From assembly GCA_040390065.1 (NCBI GenBank), contig JAZJZE010000001.1, positions 326,718 to 390,717 of the forward strand: a DNA stretch of 64,000 nucleotides, in the 5' to 3' direction. The stretch is from a bacterium (lineage in GTDB: Archaea; Thermoplasmatota; E2; JACPAO01; JAHFTW01). The position numbers and the translations under genes were made by a program. This document shows, one piece after another, positions 27,034 to 37,100 of the stretch (position 1 is the first letter of the stretch; each line of letters begins with the position of its first letter). The notes below the pieces were generated by a model. The model did not search any database, was not told the DNA's origin, and saw nothing but the letters and a program-made list of their open reading frames with translations.

Positions 27034-30000
27034 ATGGCGTTCCAGCGGGCCACGCTGCTCGCCCTGGCGCTTGCCGTCCTTGCAAGTGGGCTGGCCCTGT
27101 TTGCCCACACCGCGGCGGCAGGCGGCACCGGGTTCGAGATCCTGGCGGACAGCACATCCGACCATACGGGCGGCAGCCAGGACGCCGAGATCGTGCGCAT
27201 CGGCGCCTCGTCCGACGCATCCCGGATCTATTTCTGGGTGAAGGTCGGCGACTCGAGCTCCTCGTATGACCCGACGGCGGCTGCCAACCACGTCACGGCC
27301 CTGACGTTTCCCGTCAACTTGATCGACAAGTTCGGCACCTCCCGCTGGTTCACCAACAAGTACGACACTGCGGGAGCGTGGTCCGGAGCCGACTTCGCGG
27401 TCGGCAACAGCGACTCCGGCTCCTCCACGCAACCGACGCCGTACACCGTCACGTGGGCCTGCAATGAGGTCAAGTATTCAGTCAGCCGCACGGGCTGGGG
27501 CGCCGCGGGTTCGCAAAACCCGGCGGACGGCGATGCCTGGACGGGCATCTGGGTCGATTCCAAGGATTTCGCCGCCGCGACGCTGTTCGACTCGGCTGGC
27601 CGCTCGACGCCCCCACCGGCCGGAACCGGATCCGGTGCATGGACCGTTGGCCAGAACGGAAACACCTGGCAAGACGCACCGACCCTCTCCGCCCTGACCC
27701 CGGTCGGGGACAACAAGGTTCGCGTCTCGTGGTCTGCGGCAGCGGACAACGGTGCCCAAGCCGTCTCCGCCTACCGTGTGTACCGCAGCGTGAACGGAGT
27801 CCTCCCGTTCGGGCTCGTCGCCACGGTGAGCTCCCCGAGCACGACGTACGATGACACGGGCCTCACGACGGGGTCGACGTACGCCTACAAGGTGTCCGCC
27901 GTCAACTGCCCACAACTACCGGCCAAGACGTCGGCGCCACCCGCGGGCGAGCCCTCTTACGTAGGCGGCGAGAGCCTGCGCAGCGCATCCATGTCCATCG
28001 TGCCCGACTTCCGGCCGCTCGCGGCAACCGGGCTTGCGGCTGGATCCCCCACGGCGGACTCGCTGCAGCTGACGTGGACCGCGCCGACGGACTGCCCCGC
28101 GGCATCTTGCACCCCGGCCGGGTCGGGTGGCAGCGGCATCCAGGGCTACAAGGTCTACCGCGGACCGTCGGGCGGCGAAGCCCTAGTGGACGACGTACTG
28201 GCCTCGGCGGTGTGCACACCTGCGTGCGCCTACACCAGTTCGGGCCTGACCGCCGCGACACACTACTGCTACTACATCCGGGCGTACGACAACTACGCCA
28301 CGCCGAACCTTGGCCCCGCCTCGGCGGAGGCGTGCGGCGATACGACGTCCAGCGGTCCCACGCCGCCTGCGGCCGTCGCCGATTCTTTCAACGCAATCAA
28401 GGACACGCTCTTGACCGCGACCACTGCGTGCGTTCCGGCAGGCACGCCGGCCGCATCGGGCGGACCGTACGCGGGCGTCGTCTGCAACGACCAAGACACC
28501 GCGAACCACGTCATCACGGCGCTGCTGGTCTCCGGCCCGACCCATATCACGCCCGGAGGGACGTTTTCCCTCGACGCCAAGGGCGGCGTGACGTACCAGG
28601 CGGCGACCGGATACTGCGGCGGCACGGGCGATTCCTTCCAGTACCAACTGAAAGACATCGACACAAACACGCTGCTCAACACGGTCACGGCCAGCATCGC
28701 CGTCGCTTGCACTGCCGCCGACCCGTTCGCCTTGGCGGACTCCTATTCGCTCTCCGAAGACTGCAGCGCCGCTGCGGCCCTCCTCTGTGCAACGCCCTTT
28801 GCGGCAAGCGGGTATCCGGCCTGCGGCGGCACGGCGGGCGTGTTGTGCAATGATGTGAACACCCTCGGCCACGCGATCCGCGCCATCCTGGGGGCTGGTG
28901 TCCTGCACGGCTCCTTGACGCTCTCGTCGAACGGCGCCTTCTCCTACACGCCCACCGCCAACTATTGCGGCAGCGACGCCTTCACCTACACGTTGCACGA
29001 TGACACCACGGCCGCCGACGTCAACACCGTGGCGGTCACCCTGACGCTTGCATGCGTCAATGACCTGCCGCAGCCGACCAACGACAGCTATCTCGTCATC
29101 ACGAACGCGGCACCGGCCTTGCTGAGCCCGAGTGTGACCGCCACGGACGGCGACCCCGACGCAGGCGTGGCCGCTTCTCCTGCCGCTTGGAGCACGCTCA
29201 GTATCACTGGCGTCACCCTGCCGAACTTTGGCGGCACGGCGACCATCGTCGGCAGCAACATCCGCTACAACCCGGCCGTCGGGTTCTCCGGTACCGAGAC
29301 GTTCAGCTACACATTGTCGGACGCCGGCGGCTTGTCCGCAAGCGCCATGGTCAGCATCACCGTCCGCGCCAACCAGCTGCCCCATGCCCACTTCGTGGCC
29401 AATCCCGGCAGCCCCGTGGTCGGTCAGCCGGTCACGTTCATCGACTCGTCTGCCGACCCGGATCCCGGGGACGCGGTGCAAACCCGGGCGTGGGACTTCG
29501 GCGATGGGTACGCATCCGCCGCGACCAGCCCGACGCACGTCTTCGGAACAATCGGCGGCGCCAAGGTCTGCTTGACGGTCAAGGACGGCTTCGGCGCGTT
29601 CAGCCTCCCCTACTGCCAGAGTCTGGCCGTGCTCGCGCCGTCCGGTCCAGCCAATCCGCCGGGCTCGGGGCCTGCGCCGCCGACCCAGCCTCCGGCACAA
29701 CCGCCGGCGGAGCAACCGGGGACGCAAGCCTTCCATGTGGATGCCGGGCCGGCCCAACGTGTGCCGGCGGGCTCCGCGGTGACGCTGCACGCGTCCGCCG
29801 CAGGCGCGACCGCCTTCGCTTGGATCCAGACGGCGGGCCCGCACGTCGACCTGCAAGCCGCGGGCACGGCGTCGCCGACGTTTGCCGCCCCCAAGGTCGC
29901 CAATCCGTACGCCGTGCTGTTCTTCGAGGTCACCGCACAGGGTGCGACGCAGAGCGCCGTCGGCGGCGTCATGGTGACCGTGGAGGCCGGGCCGGGCCCG

Positions 30001-30483
30001 GTCGCCGCCGTGAACTCCGACTCCTCCGCCGAGCCAGCGCAGACGGTGGCCCTCGACGCAAGCATGTCCAAGGATGACAACGGCGAGAGCCTCTCGTACC
30101 ACTGGACACAGTGGGAAGGGCCGCCCGTCGTCATCGCCGACCCGAACGCGGCCCGGACGACGTTCACTGTCCCCGATGCGCCATCCGGTACGAAGCTGCG
30201 CTTTGGCCTCGAGGTGAGCGACGGCCAGGCCTCGGGCGTCGCCGTGCAGACCGTCACGGTCGCCCCGTCCTCGATCGAAGTTCCCCAAGTCCCCGGCGAT
30301 GGCGAGAAGGCCGCGCAGGACACCGCCGCCGCGGCGCCGGGAGGGGGGGCGTCCGTCCCGCAAGCAGCGGCCGCCGATTCCGGGGCGAAGGTCGGATTGG
30401 CGGTGTGGATCGTCGTAGCAGTTGCTGCCGTAATCGCCGTGGTCCTGCTGGTCGCATTGTGGCCGCGCAAGGGCACCACGTAG
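27034..30483 (+). CDS. Large surface protein: FN3 x2, Ig-like/tandem-95 repeats, PKD, stalk domains, TM anchor
   Basis: Signal peptide; 'YRVYRS...YAYKVSAVN'; 'GAFSYTPTANYCGSDAFTY'; WDFGDG; WTQWEGP; TM plus PRK. Confidence 0.9.
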   Translation: MAFQRATLLALALAVLASGLALFAHTAAAGGTGFEILADSTSDHTGGSQDAEIVRIGASSDASRIYFWVKVGDSSSSYDPTAAANHVTALTFPVNLIDKFGTSRWFTNKYDTAGAWSGADFAVGNSDSGSSTQPTPYTVTWACNEVKYSVSRTGWGAAGSQNPADGDAWTGIWVDSKDFAAATLFDSAGRSTPPPAGTGSGAWTVGQNGNTWQDAPTLSALTPVGDNKVRVSWSAAADNGAQAVSAYRVYRSVNGVLPFGLVATVSSPSTTYDDTGLTTGSTYAYKVSAVNCPQLPAKTSAPPAGEPSYVGGESLRSASMSIVPDFRPLAATGLAAGSPTADSLQLTWTAPTDCPAASCTPAGSGGSGIQGYKVYRGPSGGEALVDDVLASAVCTPACAYTSSGLTAATHYCYYIRAYDNYATPNLGPASAEACGDTTSSGPTPPAAVADSFNAIKDTLLTATTACVPAGTPAASGGPYAGVVCNDQDTANHVITALLVSGPTHITPGGTFSLDAKGGVTYQAATGYCGGTGDSFQYQLKDIDTNTLLNTVTASIAVACTAADPFALADSYSLSEDCSAAAALLCATPFAASGYPACGGTAGVLCNDVNTLGHAIRAILGAGVLHGSLTLSSNGAFSYTPTANYCGSDAFTYTLHDDTTAADVNTVAVTLTLACVNDLPQPTNDSYLVITNAAPALLSPSVTATDGDPDAGVAASPAAWSTLSITGVTLPNFGGTATIVGSNIRYNPAVGFSGTETFSYTLSDAGGLSASAMVSITVRANQLPHAHFVANPGSPVVGQPVTFIDSSADPDPGDAVQTRAWDFGDGYASAATSPTHVFGTIGGAKVCLTVKDGFGAFSLPYCQSLAVLAPSGPANPPGSGPAPPTQPPAQPPAEQPGTQAFHVDAGPAQRVPAGSAVTLHASAAGATAFAWIQTAGPHVDLQAAGTASPTFAAPKVANPYAVLFFEVTAQGATQSAVGGVMVTVEAGPGPVAAVNSDSSAEPAQTVALDASMSKDDNGESLSYHWTQWEGPPVVIADPNAARTTFTVPDAPSGTKLRFGLEVSDGQASGVAVQTVTVAPSSIEVPQVPGDGEKAAQDTAAAAPGGGASVPQAAAADSGAKVGLAVWIVVAVAAVIAVVLLVALWPRKGTT

Positions 30484-30610
30484 CCGCCGGCGCCTTCGGC
30501 GGTCCCTGACGGTTGAAGGCTCGGGCCCCGGCAACCGGAAAGAGGCTGTTCTTCCCACACATCGCGAGGCCGCCTTATCCAGGGCACGCGCGTTGGTTGC
30601 CCGGGTCCGC

Positions 30611-31594
30611 ATGACACGAACCATCCCCTTGGCGCTTGCCGTGATTGCCGCTGTATCGCTCTTCGTCACGGCCGCCGCCGTCCGCGGCCCCGAAGGCTCG
30701 CCCGCCCCCATCGCGACGCACGCGGCCCCCCTGCCCTCCGTCCAGGAGATTGCTGCGTCGATGTCGGAACCCCCCGTTCGCCACATGATGAAGCCATTCA
30801 GCCACGCGCCGGCCGTCACGCTCCCCGTCCCCACCCCGCCGGTCGCGGCTGACGCCCTGCCGTCGGGCGGAGGGAACCTCGTGTACCACGGCGGGCCCGT
30901 CCAGACGGCCCCCAAGGTCTACCTGGTCTACTGGGGCTGGAACGGCGTCGACCCAGCCAACGTCGAGCCCTACCTCACGGCGTTCTTCAACGGCGTTGGC
31001 GGCACGGGCTGGGCCAACATCCAGACCCAATACTCCAGCATCACCAACCCGACCGGCCAGCTCGCCGGCGTGTGGCACGACAACTCGGCTCTACCGCCAA
31101 CGATCCCCGACCTGTGGCTGCCCGCCGAAGCAATCCGGGCCGAGGCGTACTTCGGATACAGCGCGGACGCCGACTACATCATCGCGACGCCGCCGTACAG
31201 TTCCACGGCGGGCTTCGGCGCGGAATTCTGCGCCTGGCATTCGACCACGACGGACAGCCTGAGCCGCAATGTCGCGTTCACCAACCTGCCGTACATGCCG
31301 ACCATGCCGGAGACCTGCGGCGCCTACTCGGTCAACGGTGGCCTGCCCTACCCGGGCCTTCTCGATGGCGTCAGCATCGTGGCAGGGCACGAGTACGCCG
31401 AGGTCGTGACGGATCCCGTGCCGGTCACCGGATGGGCCGACTCGACCGGCGGCGCCGGCGAGAACGCCGACAAGTGCGCCTGGGTGACCTCTGGACCCGG
31501 CCACATGCAGAACGTCGCCTGGAGCACCGGCACGTTTGCGGTCCAGGGTCTCTGGAGCAACGCCGCCAGCGGTTGTGTCATCACGTACCCGTAG
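30611..31594 (+). CDS. Secreted EXORDIUM/Phi-1-like protein
   Basis: 'LVYHGGPV...VYLVYWG', 'FCAWHS', 'GHEYAEVVTDP', 'ENADKCAW', 'VQGLWSN'. Confidence 0.75.
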   Translation: MTRTIPLALAVIAAVSLFVTAAAVRGPEGSPAPIATHAAPLPSVQEIAASMSEPPVRHMMKPFSHAPAVTLPVPTPPVAADALPSGGGNLVYHGGPVQTAPKVYLVYWGWNGVDPANVEPYLTAFFNGVGGTGWANIQTQYSSITNPTGQLAGVWHDNSALPPTIPDLWLPAEAIRAEAYFGYSADADYIIATPPYSSTAGFGAEFCAWHSTTTDSLSRNVAFTNLPYMPTMPETCGAYSVNGGLPYPGLLDGVSIVAGHEYAEVVTDPVPVTGWADSTGGAGENADKCAWVTSGPGHMQNVAWSTGTFAVQGLWSNAASGCVITYP

Positions 31595-31654
31595 TTGCCG
31601 AGGAATGCGAAATCCATGCCAGGCTCATGAGGGCCCGGCCATGATGCGGCGGCC

Positions 31655-32797
31655 ATGCCTTTGGGCCTGCGTCGCGTCGTGCCGGCTGCCATCCTGGTCG
31701 CCCTCCTCGCCGGGCCGTCCACGGGGCTGGCCCCGACATCGGCGTTGCAGCCGCCCGACGTCGAGTCGTTCTGCGACATGCACACCAAGCACTGCGAGCC
31801 CGTGCCCCTCGACCTGAGGCAATGGCTGGTCCCGCAGAGCCAACCGATGTCGCAGACGTCGGATTCCGACACACAGCGCTGGCTCGTGGCGCCGATCCGT
31901 GGCTACCTCACGCACGACGAATACCAGATCATCCAAGGCCTGGTGCCGGACATCCCGACTGTGCCGCTCGCAGCACCGCCGGGGGCCATCAACGAGACAG
32001 TCGGGGAAAACGTGACGGTGCACAAGGAGGTTGCCGGCATCACGCTGGACGGCCAGGCCACGCTCAGCGCCACCGTGCTCGTCCCGCTGCCGCCGGAGCA
32101 AGGAGAGGCCCCCGCGGGGTCCGTCCCTTGCACCGACCCGCGCGGCTGTCCTGACCTGACGGTCGACGCCGCCCGGCTTGCCGACGGCATCCTCGAGAAG
32201 CGCACGTTCACGTCGTCGTCGTGCGCCGTCGTCGAGAACAGCACGTCGCCCGGAACGCGCCGACTCCTGCGTTTCACCTTCGCGACGCCGAACATCGGCG
32301 ACGGCGACCTGCTCATCGGGGACCCCGCCGAGCATCCCTCCTGGTTCCAGTGGGGTGCGTGCCATGGCCATTGGCACTTCAGGCAGTACGCCGAGTATCG
32401 TCTTTGGACGCTGCGGGCGTACGTCGCGTGGCGCCACGCCCGCGACGCCGCCCCGACCGCCACGGCGGCGCAAGTCCTGGCGCAGCATCCGGAGCTGGCT
32501 GCGGGCTTCCTCAGTGGGCACAAGCAGGGATTCTGCGCCATCGATGTCGTGCCCTACGCGCCGCTCGAAGCCCCGCGATACCAATCGTGTGCCACCCACC
32601 AGGGGATCTCGCGCGGCTGGGCGGACGAGTATGGCTACGCGCTCGACGGCCAGTGGGTGGACATGACCGGCGTGGCGGCCGGCGCGTACGTGCTCGAAGC
32701 GGAAGTGAACCCCGCGCGCTTCTACCAAGAGACGGTGTACACGAACAATTCGGGGGCGCTGCTCGTCGTCATCCCGCCCGACACCCCTATCGTGTGA
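31655..32797 (+). CDS. Lysyl oxidase family protein (secreted)
   Basis: 'RRLLRF', Cu-binding 'CHGHWH', 'HKQGFC' (LTQ Lys), 'GISRGWADEY' (LTQ Tyr), 'QWVDMT', 'EVNP'. Confidence 0.88.
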   Translation: MPLGLRRVVPAAILVALLAGPSTGLAPTSALQPPDVESFCDMHTKHCEPVPLDLRQWLVPQSQPMSQTSDSDTQRWLVAPIRGYLTHDEYQIIQGLVPDIPTVPLAAPPGAINETVGENVTVHKEVAGITLDGQATLSATVLVPLPPEQGEAPAGSVPCTDPRGCPDLTVDAARLADGILEKRTFTSSSCAVVENSTSPGTRRLLRFTFATPNIGDGDLLIGDPAEHPSWFQWGACHGHWHFRQYAEYRLWTLRAYVAWRHARDAAPTATAAQVLAQHPELAAGFLSGHKQGFCAIDVVPYAPLEAPRYQSCATHQGISRGWADEYGYALDGQWVDMTGVAAGAYVLEAEVNPARFYQETVYTNNSGALLVVIPPDTPIV

Positions 32798-32992
32798 TGG
32801 TCACCGCAAGTAGGTTCACGGACGCGCCGTTCCTCCGAGAAACATGGCAATTGCGCGGTCGCGGCAAGCGCGGTTGGCAAATGGTTTCACGCGTTCGTTC
32901 TTGGATTTCCCACAAGTCCCGTCAATCATTATCATCGGCGCCCATTATCGACGCCCGCCCGCCGGGACAACCTGGCGGTTGGAGACATCGAC

Positions 32993-34000
32993 ATGCACAA
33001 GAGAACACTGAGTCTGGGCCTCGCGGCCCTGTTTGCAAGCCTCGCTTTGGCGGGCCCGATCGCATCGGCCCTCCCCGGCGACAACCAAGACCTGAGCCGC
33101 ACGTTCTACATCAACGCGGCCCGCGTCACCACGCCCGGTATCGGCTGGTTCCAGAACACGCCTCATCAGGTCTGTGTCATCGAGCTCTTCGGTGTCCAAG
33201 CCCCTCTCGGCGTCTTCTACTACGAGAGCCTGCGCGTCTACACCAACGCCGGCACGTCGACGACGATCCCTGCCCTCATCCCGCCGGTCCCGCTCGCTTG
33301 CCCGGCCGCCATCAATCCGGCCTGCAACAACCCGGGCCCGGTTGACCCCTGCGCCATCCAGGTCGGCGGCGTTACGCTGGCCGGTGGCCAGTTCATCAGC
33401 CAGGACGCCCTGCACTGCCTCAAGGACGCGGTCAACAACTGCTTCGCCGTCGCCGGCACGCAGGAGTGGACCCTGACGCGCTGCCCCTACGCGAGCATCG
33501 TCTACACGGCCCCCATGGCTCAGGGCAAGGGCACCTTCGCGGGCACCCCCCTCGACGGCGTCCTCATGACCCCCGCCATCCACTGCACGGCAGGCGCAGC
33601 CGGCGCGGCCAGCTTCGACGCCTCGGCCTACATCGACTTCTTCACCGACGGCGAGTCGGGAACGAGCTTCAACATCGTCCCGGTCGGCACGATCGTGCCG
33701 GCCGCCGCTGGTGACAGCTACGTCATCTCGTGCTACAACGTCGACAAGCTCATCCTGTCCGGCGTGCCCATCTCGTCGCACACCGACCTCGGTGAGGACT
33801 CCGAGTCGCACGACTGGGCCCTCGTCCTCGACCAGAACGACGTCCCGGCCAGCCACCAGGCCGCCATCACCGCCCACCTGGGCGGCGGCAACCTGCAGGG
33901 CCTGTACGACCTCAGCGGCCAGAACGGCTGCGATGACGGCTCCAACGTCGCCTACATGGACGTCGACGACCCAGCCGGCGCGACCGTCCTGACGCCGTAG
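32993..34000 (+). CDS. Secreted Cys-rich protein of unknown function
   Basis: Signal peptide, GGAGA RBS, strongly C-ending codons, about 10 Cys, T-rich terminator. Confidence 0.8.
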   Translation: MHKRTLSLGLAALFASLALAGPIASALPGDNQDLSRTFYINAARVTTPGIGWFQNTPHQVCVIELFGVQAPLGVFYYESLRVYTNAGTSTTIPALIPPVPLACPAAINPACNNPGPVDPCAIQVGGVTLAGGQFISQDALHCLKDAVNNCFAVAGTQEWTLTRCPYASIVYTAPMAQGKGTFAGTPLDGVLMTPAIHCTAGAAGAASFDASAYIDFFTDGESGTSFNIVPVGTIVPAAAGDSYVISCYNVDKLILSGVPISSHTDLGEDSESHDWALVLDQNDVPASHQAAITAHLGGGNLQGLYDLSGQNGCDDGSNVAYMDVDDPAGATVLTP

Positions 34001-34015
34001 AGCGGTCCTGAGACC

Positions 34016-34045
34016 ATCCCTTTCCCCCTTTTCCTCCGTTTTTCG
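34016..34045 (+). terminator. Pyrimidine/T-rich terminator
   Basis: ccctttcccccttttcctccgtttttc after the stop at 34000. Confidence 0.6.
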
Positions 34046-34102
34046 TCGGCGAACCTGCTAGCGATGAGTGGGAAATCCAGTCAACCTTGAAGGCGGCCCC
34101 AC

Positions 34103-37100
34103 ATGTCGACGGCTGCTTTTCCCATGACCGGCCCAACGACAACCTCACGCCGGCCATCCGGCGCAATCCTCGCAGCCTTGGTTGCACTCCTCGTCCTTCC
34201 TGCACTCCCCGCCGAGGCCGCGACCCCGCAGGACGTGTGGGTCCAGGCGACCGATGCCGTCGTGGCCCGCGCTCCCGCCAGCCTCCTCGACGAGCCGGAT
34301 TTCCGTAATGCCAGCGCCCACCATGCCTACCGCACCGCCATGCTGGATGCCAGCGTTGCCCATGCCACCGCCTTGGCCCACGCGCTCTGGGAGGAAGCAC
34401 AGAACGCGCCGAACCCGGCCCAGCAGTACTTGTATGAGCTGGCCAACGAGACGCAAGCCAACGCCGGTCGCATCGACCACGCGAGCGCGCGCATGGCCGC
34501 CCTCGAGGCCGGAGACCTGCACGCAAACCAGCTCGAAATCCTCCTCACCGCGGCCAACGTCCTTGCCGATGCCGAACAGGAACACGTGCACGCCGTCGGG
34601 TACTTGATGCCCGAGCAGTCCGTCGACGTCTTCCGCTCCGAGACCGGGCGATACTCGTTTGCCCACCCCGTCGCCATGGCCGGCGACCTCGCGGCCGCGA
34701 CCGAACGCATCCTCGATCTCGTGCCGGCGCCATCCGGGCCGCGGGCCGACCTTGCGGGCATGGCCCAGCGGATCAACGGGCTCTCGCTGCCCACGTTCCA
34801 GTGGCCGGTCGCCCATCCCGGCATCGTCGAGGAGACGGCGCGTCGAATCTATGCATACTCGGCTCTCCAGGGCAACACGACGGTCGCCGAGCTTGACGCA
34901 GTGATCCAGCAGTTGCCCGCTGAACGTCAGCGTCTGCAGGATGCCGGATATGACGGCGTGCATATCGTCGAAGTGCAAGGTGATGCCTCCTGGTGGCTGA
35001 CGCAGGCCCGGGCCGACCCCGACTCTGCAGTCACCGCTGGCGTCGTGCGCAGCCAAGCGGCGTACGCGCACGGTGCCATCCTGGAGGCCAACCTGCTCGC
35101 TGCTCCGGCCAACCGGCCGTCGTCGGCGGCCATGTGGATTGGCCTTGCGTGTGCGGGAGTTGCCCTCGTGGGCGGCCTGTGGTGGCGCGGACGCCGAAGG
35201 TCTGGCGGGCGGAAGGGCAAGGCGCTCCTTGGGCTGCTGGCACTGCTCATGGTGCTGCCACCGGTCCAGGGTGCGCTTGGAATGGCCGCCGTCAACGACC
35301 CGTCCGCCCCGCCGACCGTCGTCCCCGGCCCCGAAGGTGGAGCCTGGGGTTCTGCCGCCGCCCTTGCCAACGGCACACTGCTGTTTGCCTGGCCGTCCTG
35401 TCCCGGCACGTTCGTGGACGGGTGCTCCGACCTCTACCTGCGCATGTACGACCCAGTGGCCGACAAATGGAGCGCGTCGTGGCGCGCCGTCGACGACCTG
35501 TACCACGTCTCGATTGCCAAAGTGTTCCTCGTTGGGGCGGACGTCCACGTCGTCTGGGAGGAACAGCTGGGCAACGCGACCGCCCCCGTCGTCCTCGTCC
35601 ATTGCGTGCTGTCCGGTCGCACGTGCGGCGCCCGCGAAACGTTCACGGACACCGCCGGAACGGCCATCATGTTCAGCGGCGCCGTCGGCGGCAACGGCCA
35701 CCTGCGGATCGCCTACTTGCGCTCTGACCTGATGCAGGTGCATGTGCGCGAATGGTCGAGTGCCGGCTGGGGAGCCGACAAACGCTTCGACACGGGCTCG
35801 TCCCTGCAGACGCGCCCCAACGTCCTATGCGGGACCGACGGCGCCTGCTACGTCACATGGGAGGAGGGCGTGCCCGGATCCAAGGAGACGAAGGACCGGC
35901 GCGTCGAACTCGCCATCGTCGATGCCGGCGCAGATGTCGCCCGCAAAGTCATCACGGTCCCAGCCCAGGGCTCCTTCCAGCAGATGGCCGCCGCCTTCCC
36001 CATCCCCGAGGGCGTCGGGGCCCTGTACGGCACGCAGCGGGACTTGTTCTTCGCGGTCCTCGACCCGGCCACGGGCCAATGGTCGGCGGCCACCAACGTG
36101 TCGCGCGGGCATCCGCCCACGGCCCCAGCCCTCGTGGGCGCGTACACGCTGGGCGGCGGTGACGTGCTTGCCGTGTGGCAGACCGGGACGGTCAACACGT
36201 TCCAGATGTGGGCGGCACGGCGCTCCGGCGGCTTCTGGCTCGCTCCCGAGCTGCTCGTCGGCAAACCCTACCAAGAACACATGTTCGTCCCGATGGCGCA
36301 GCCCCAAGCGTCGGGCGACCTGGTGTTGGCGTGGACCGGCAATGGGCCCGGCATCGCGGACAATATCCTGCTCACACGCCGCATCGCCGGCGGCACGGCC
36401 CCGCCCCCAGGGCCTCCGACCGTGACGTGGCGCGAGCCTCGTGCTGGCGGCTGGACGGGTTCGGCCGTCGACCTGGCAGCGCAACTCGAATTCGCCGCGA
36501 CGCCGGACGCCGCCTCCGTGGTGCTCACCGTCGACGGCCGGGCGCTCGCAACGACGTTGTCGCCCGACGGCCACGCGCACGCACGTGCGACGGGGCTTGC
36601 CGAAGGGGCGCACCACGTGACGCTGCATGCTGCAGACCGCTTGGGAGCAGCCTGCGATGAGCAATGGGATTTCGCCGTCGATGCAACGGCGCCGGCACTG
36701 AGTGTGCAGATCGTGGGTCCCGCGACATCCGCGTCTGCGCCCTGGGCAAACCAGGTGCTGACGGTCGTCGCCTCGGCTCCACAGGATGGCGGCAGCCCCG
36801 TCCACTTGCAGGTCGACCATGATGCCGCGGGCGATTGGCGCGACGCCACGGCGGCCGGCTGGAAGGCTGTCGGGCTGGTGCCGTCGATCATTGGTGCCGC
36901 CGTGCCCGAGAACCGCCTTCTCGACGTTCGCCTTCGTGCGGTCGATGACGCGGGGAACGTTGCCCTTGGCTCGCCGATGGCCCTTGGCTGGGACGCCACC
37001 CCGCCCCTGATGCAAGGCGGGCCGGCCCCGACGACGCGGCCAGGCCGGGTTCCTCTCCTCTTGACGGACCAGGCCGCAGCGGGATCTCCACTCCACTACG

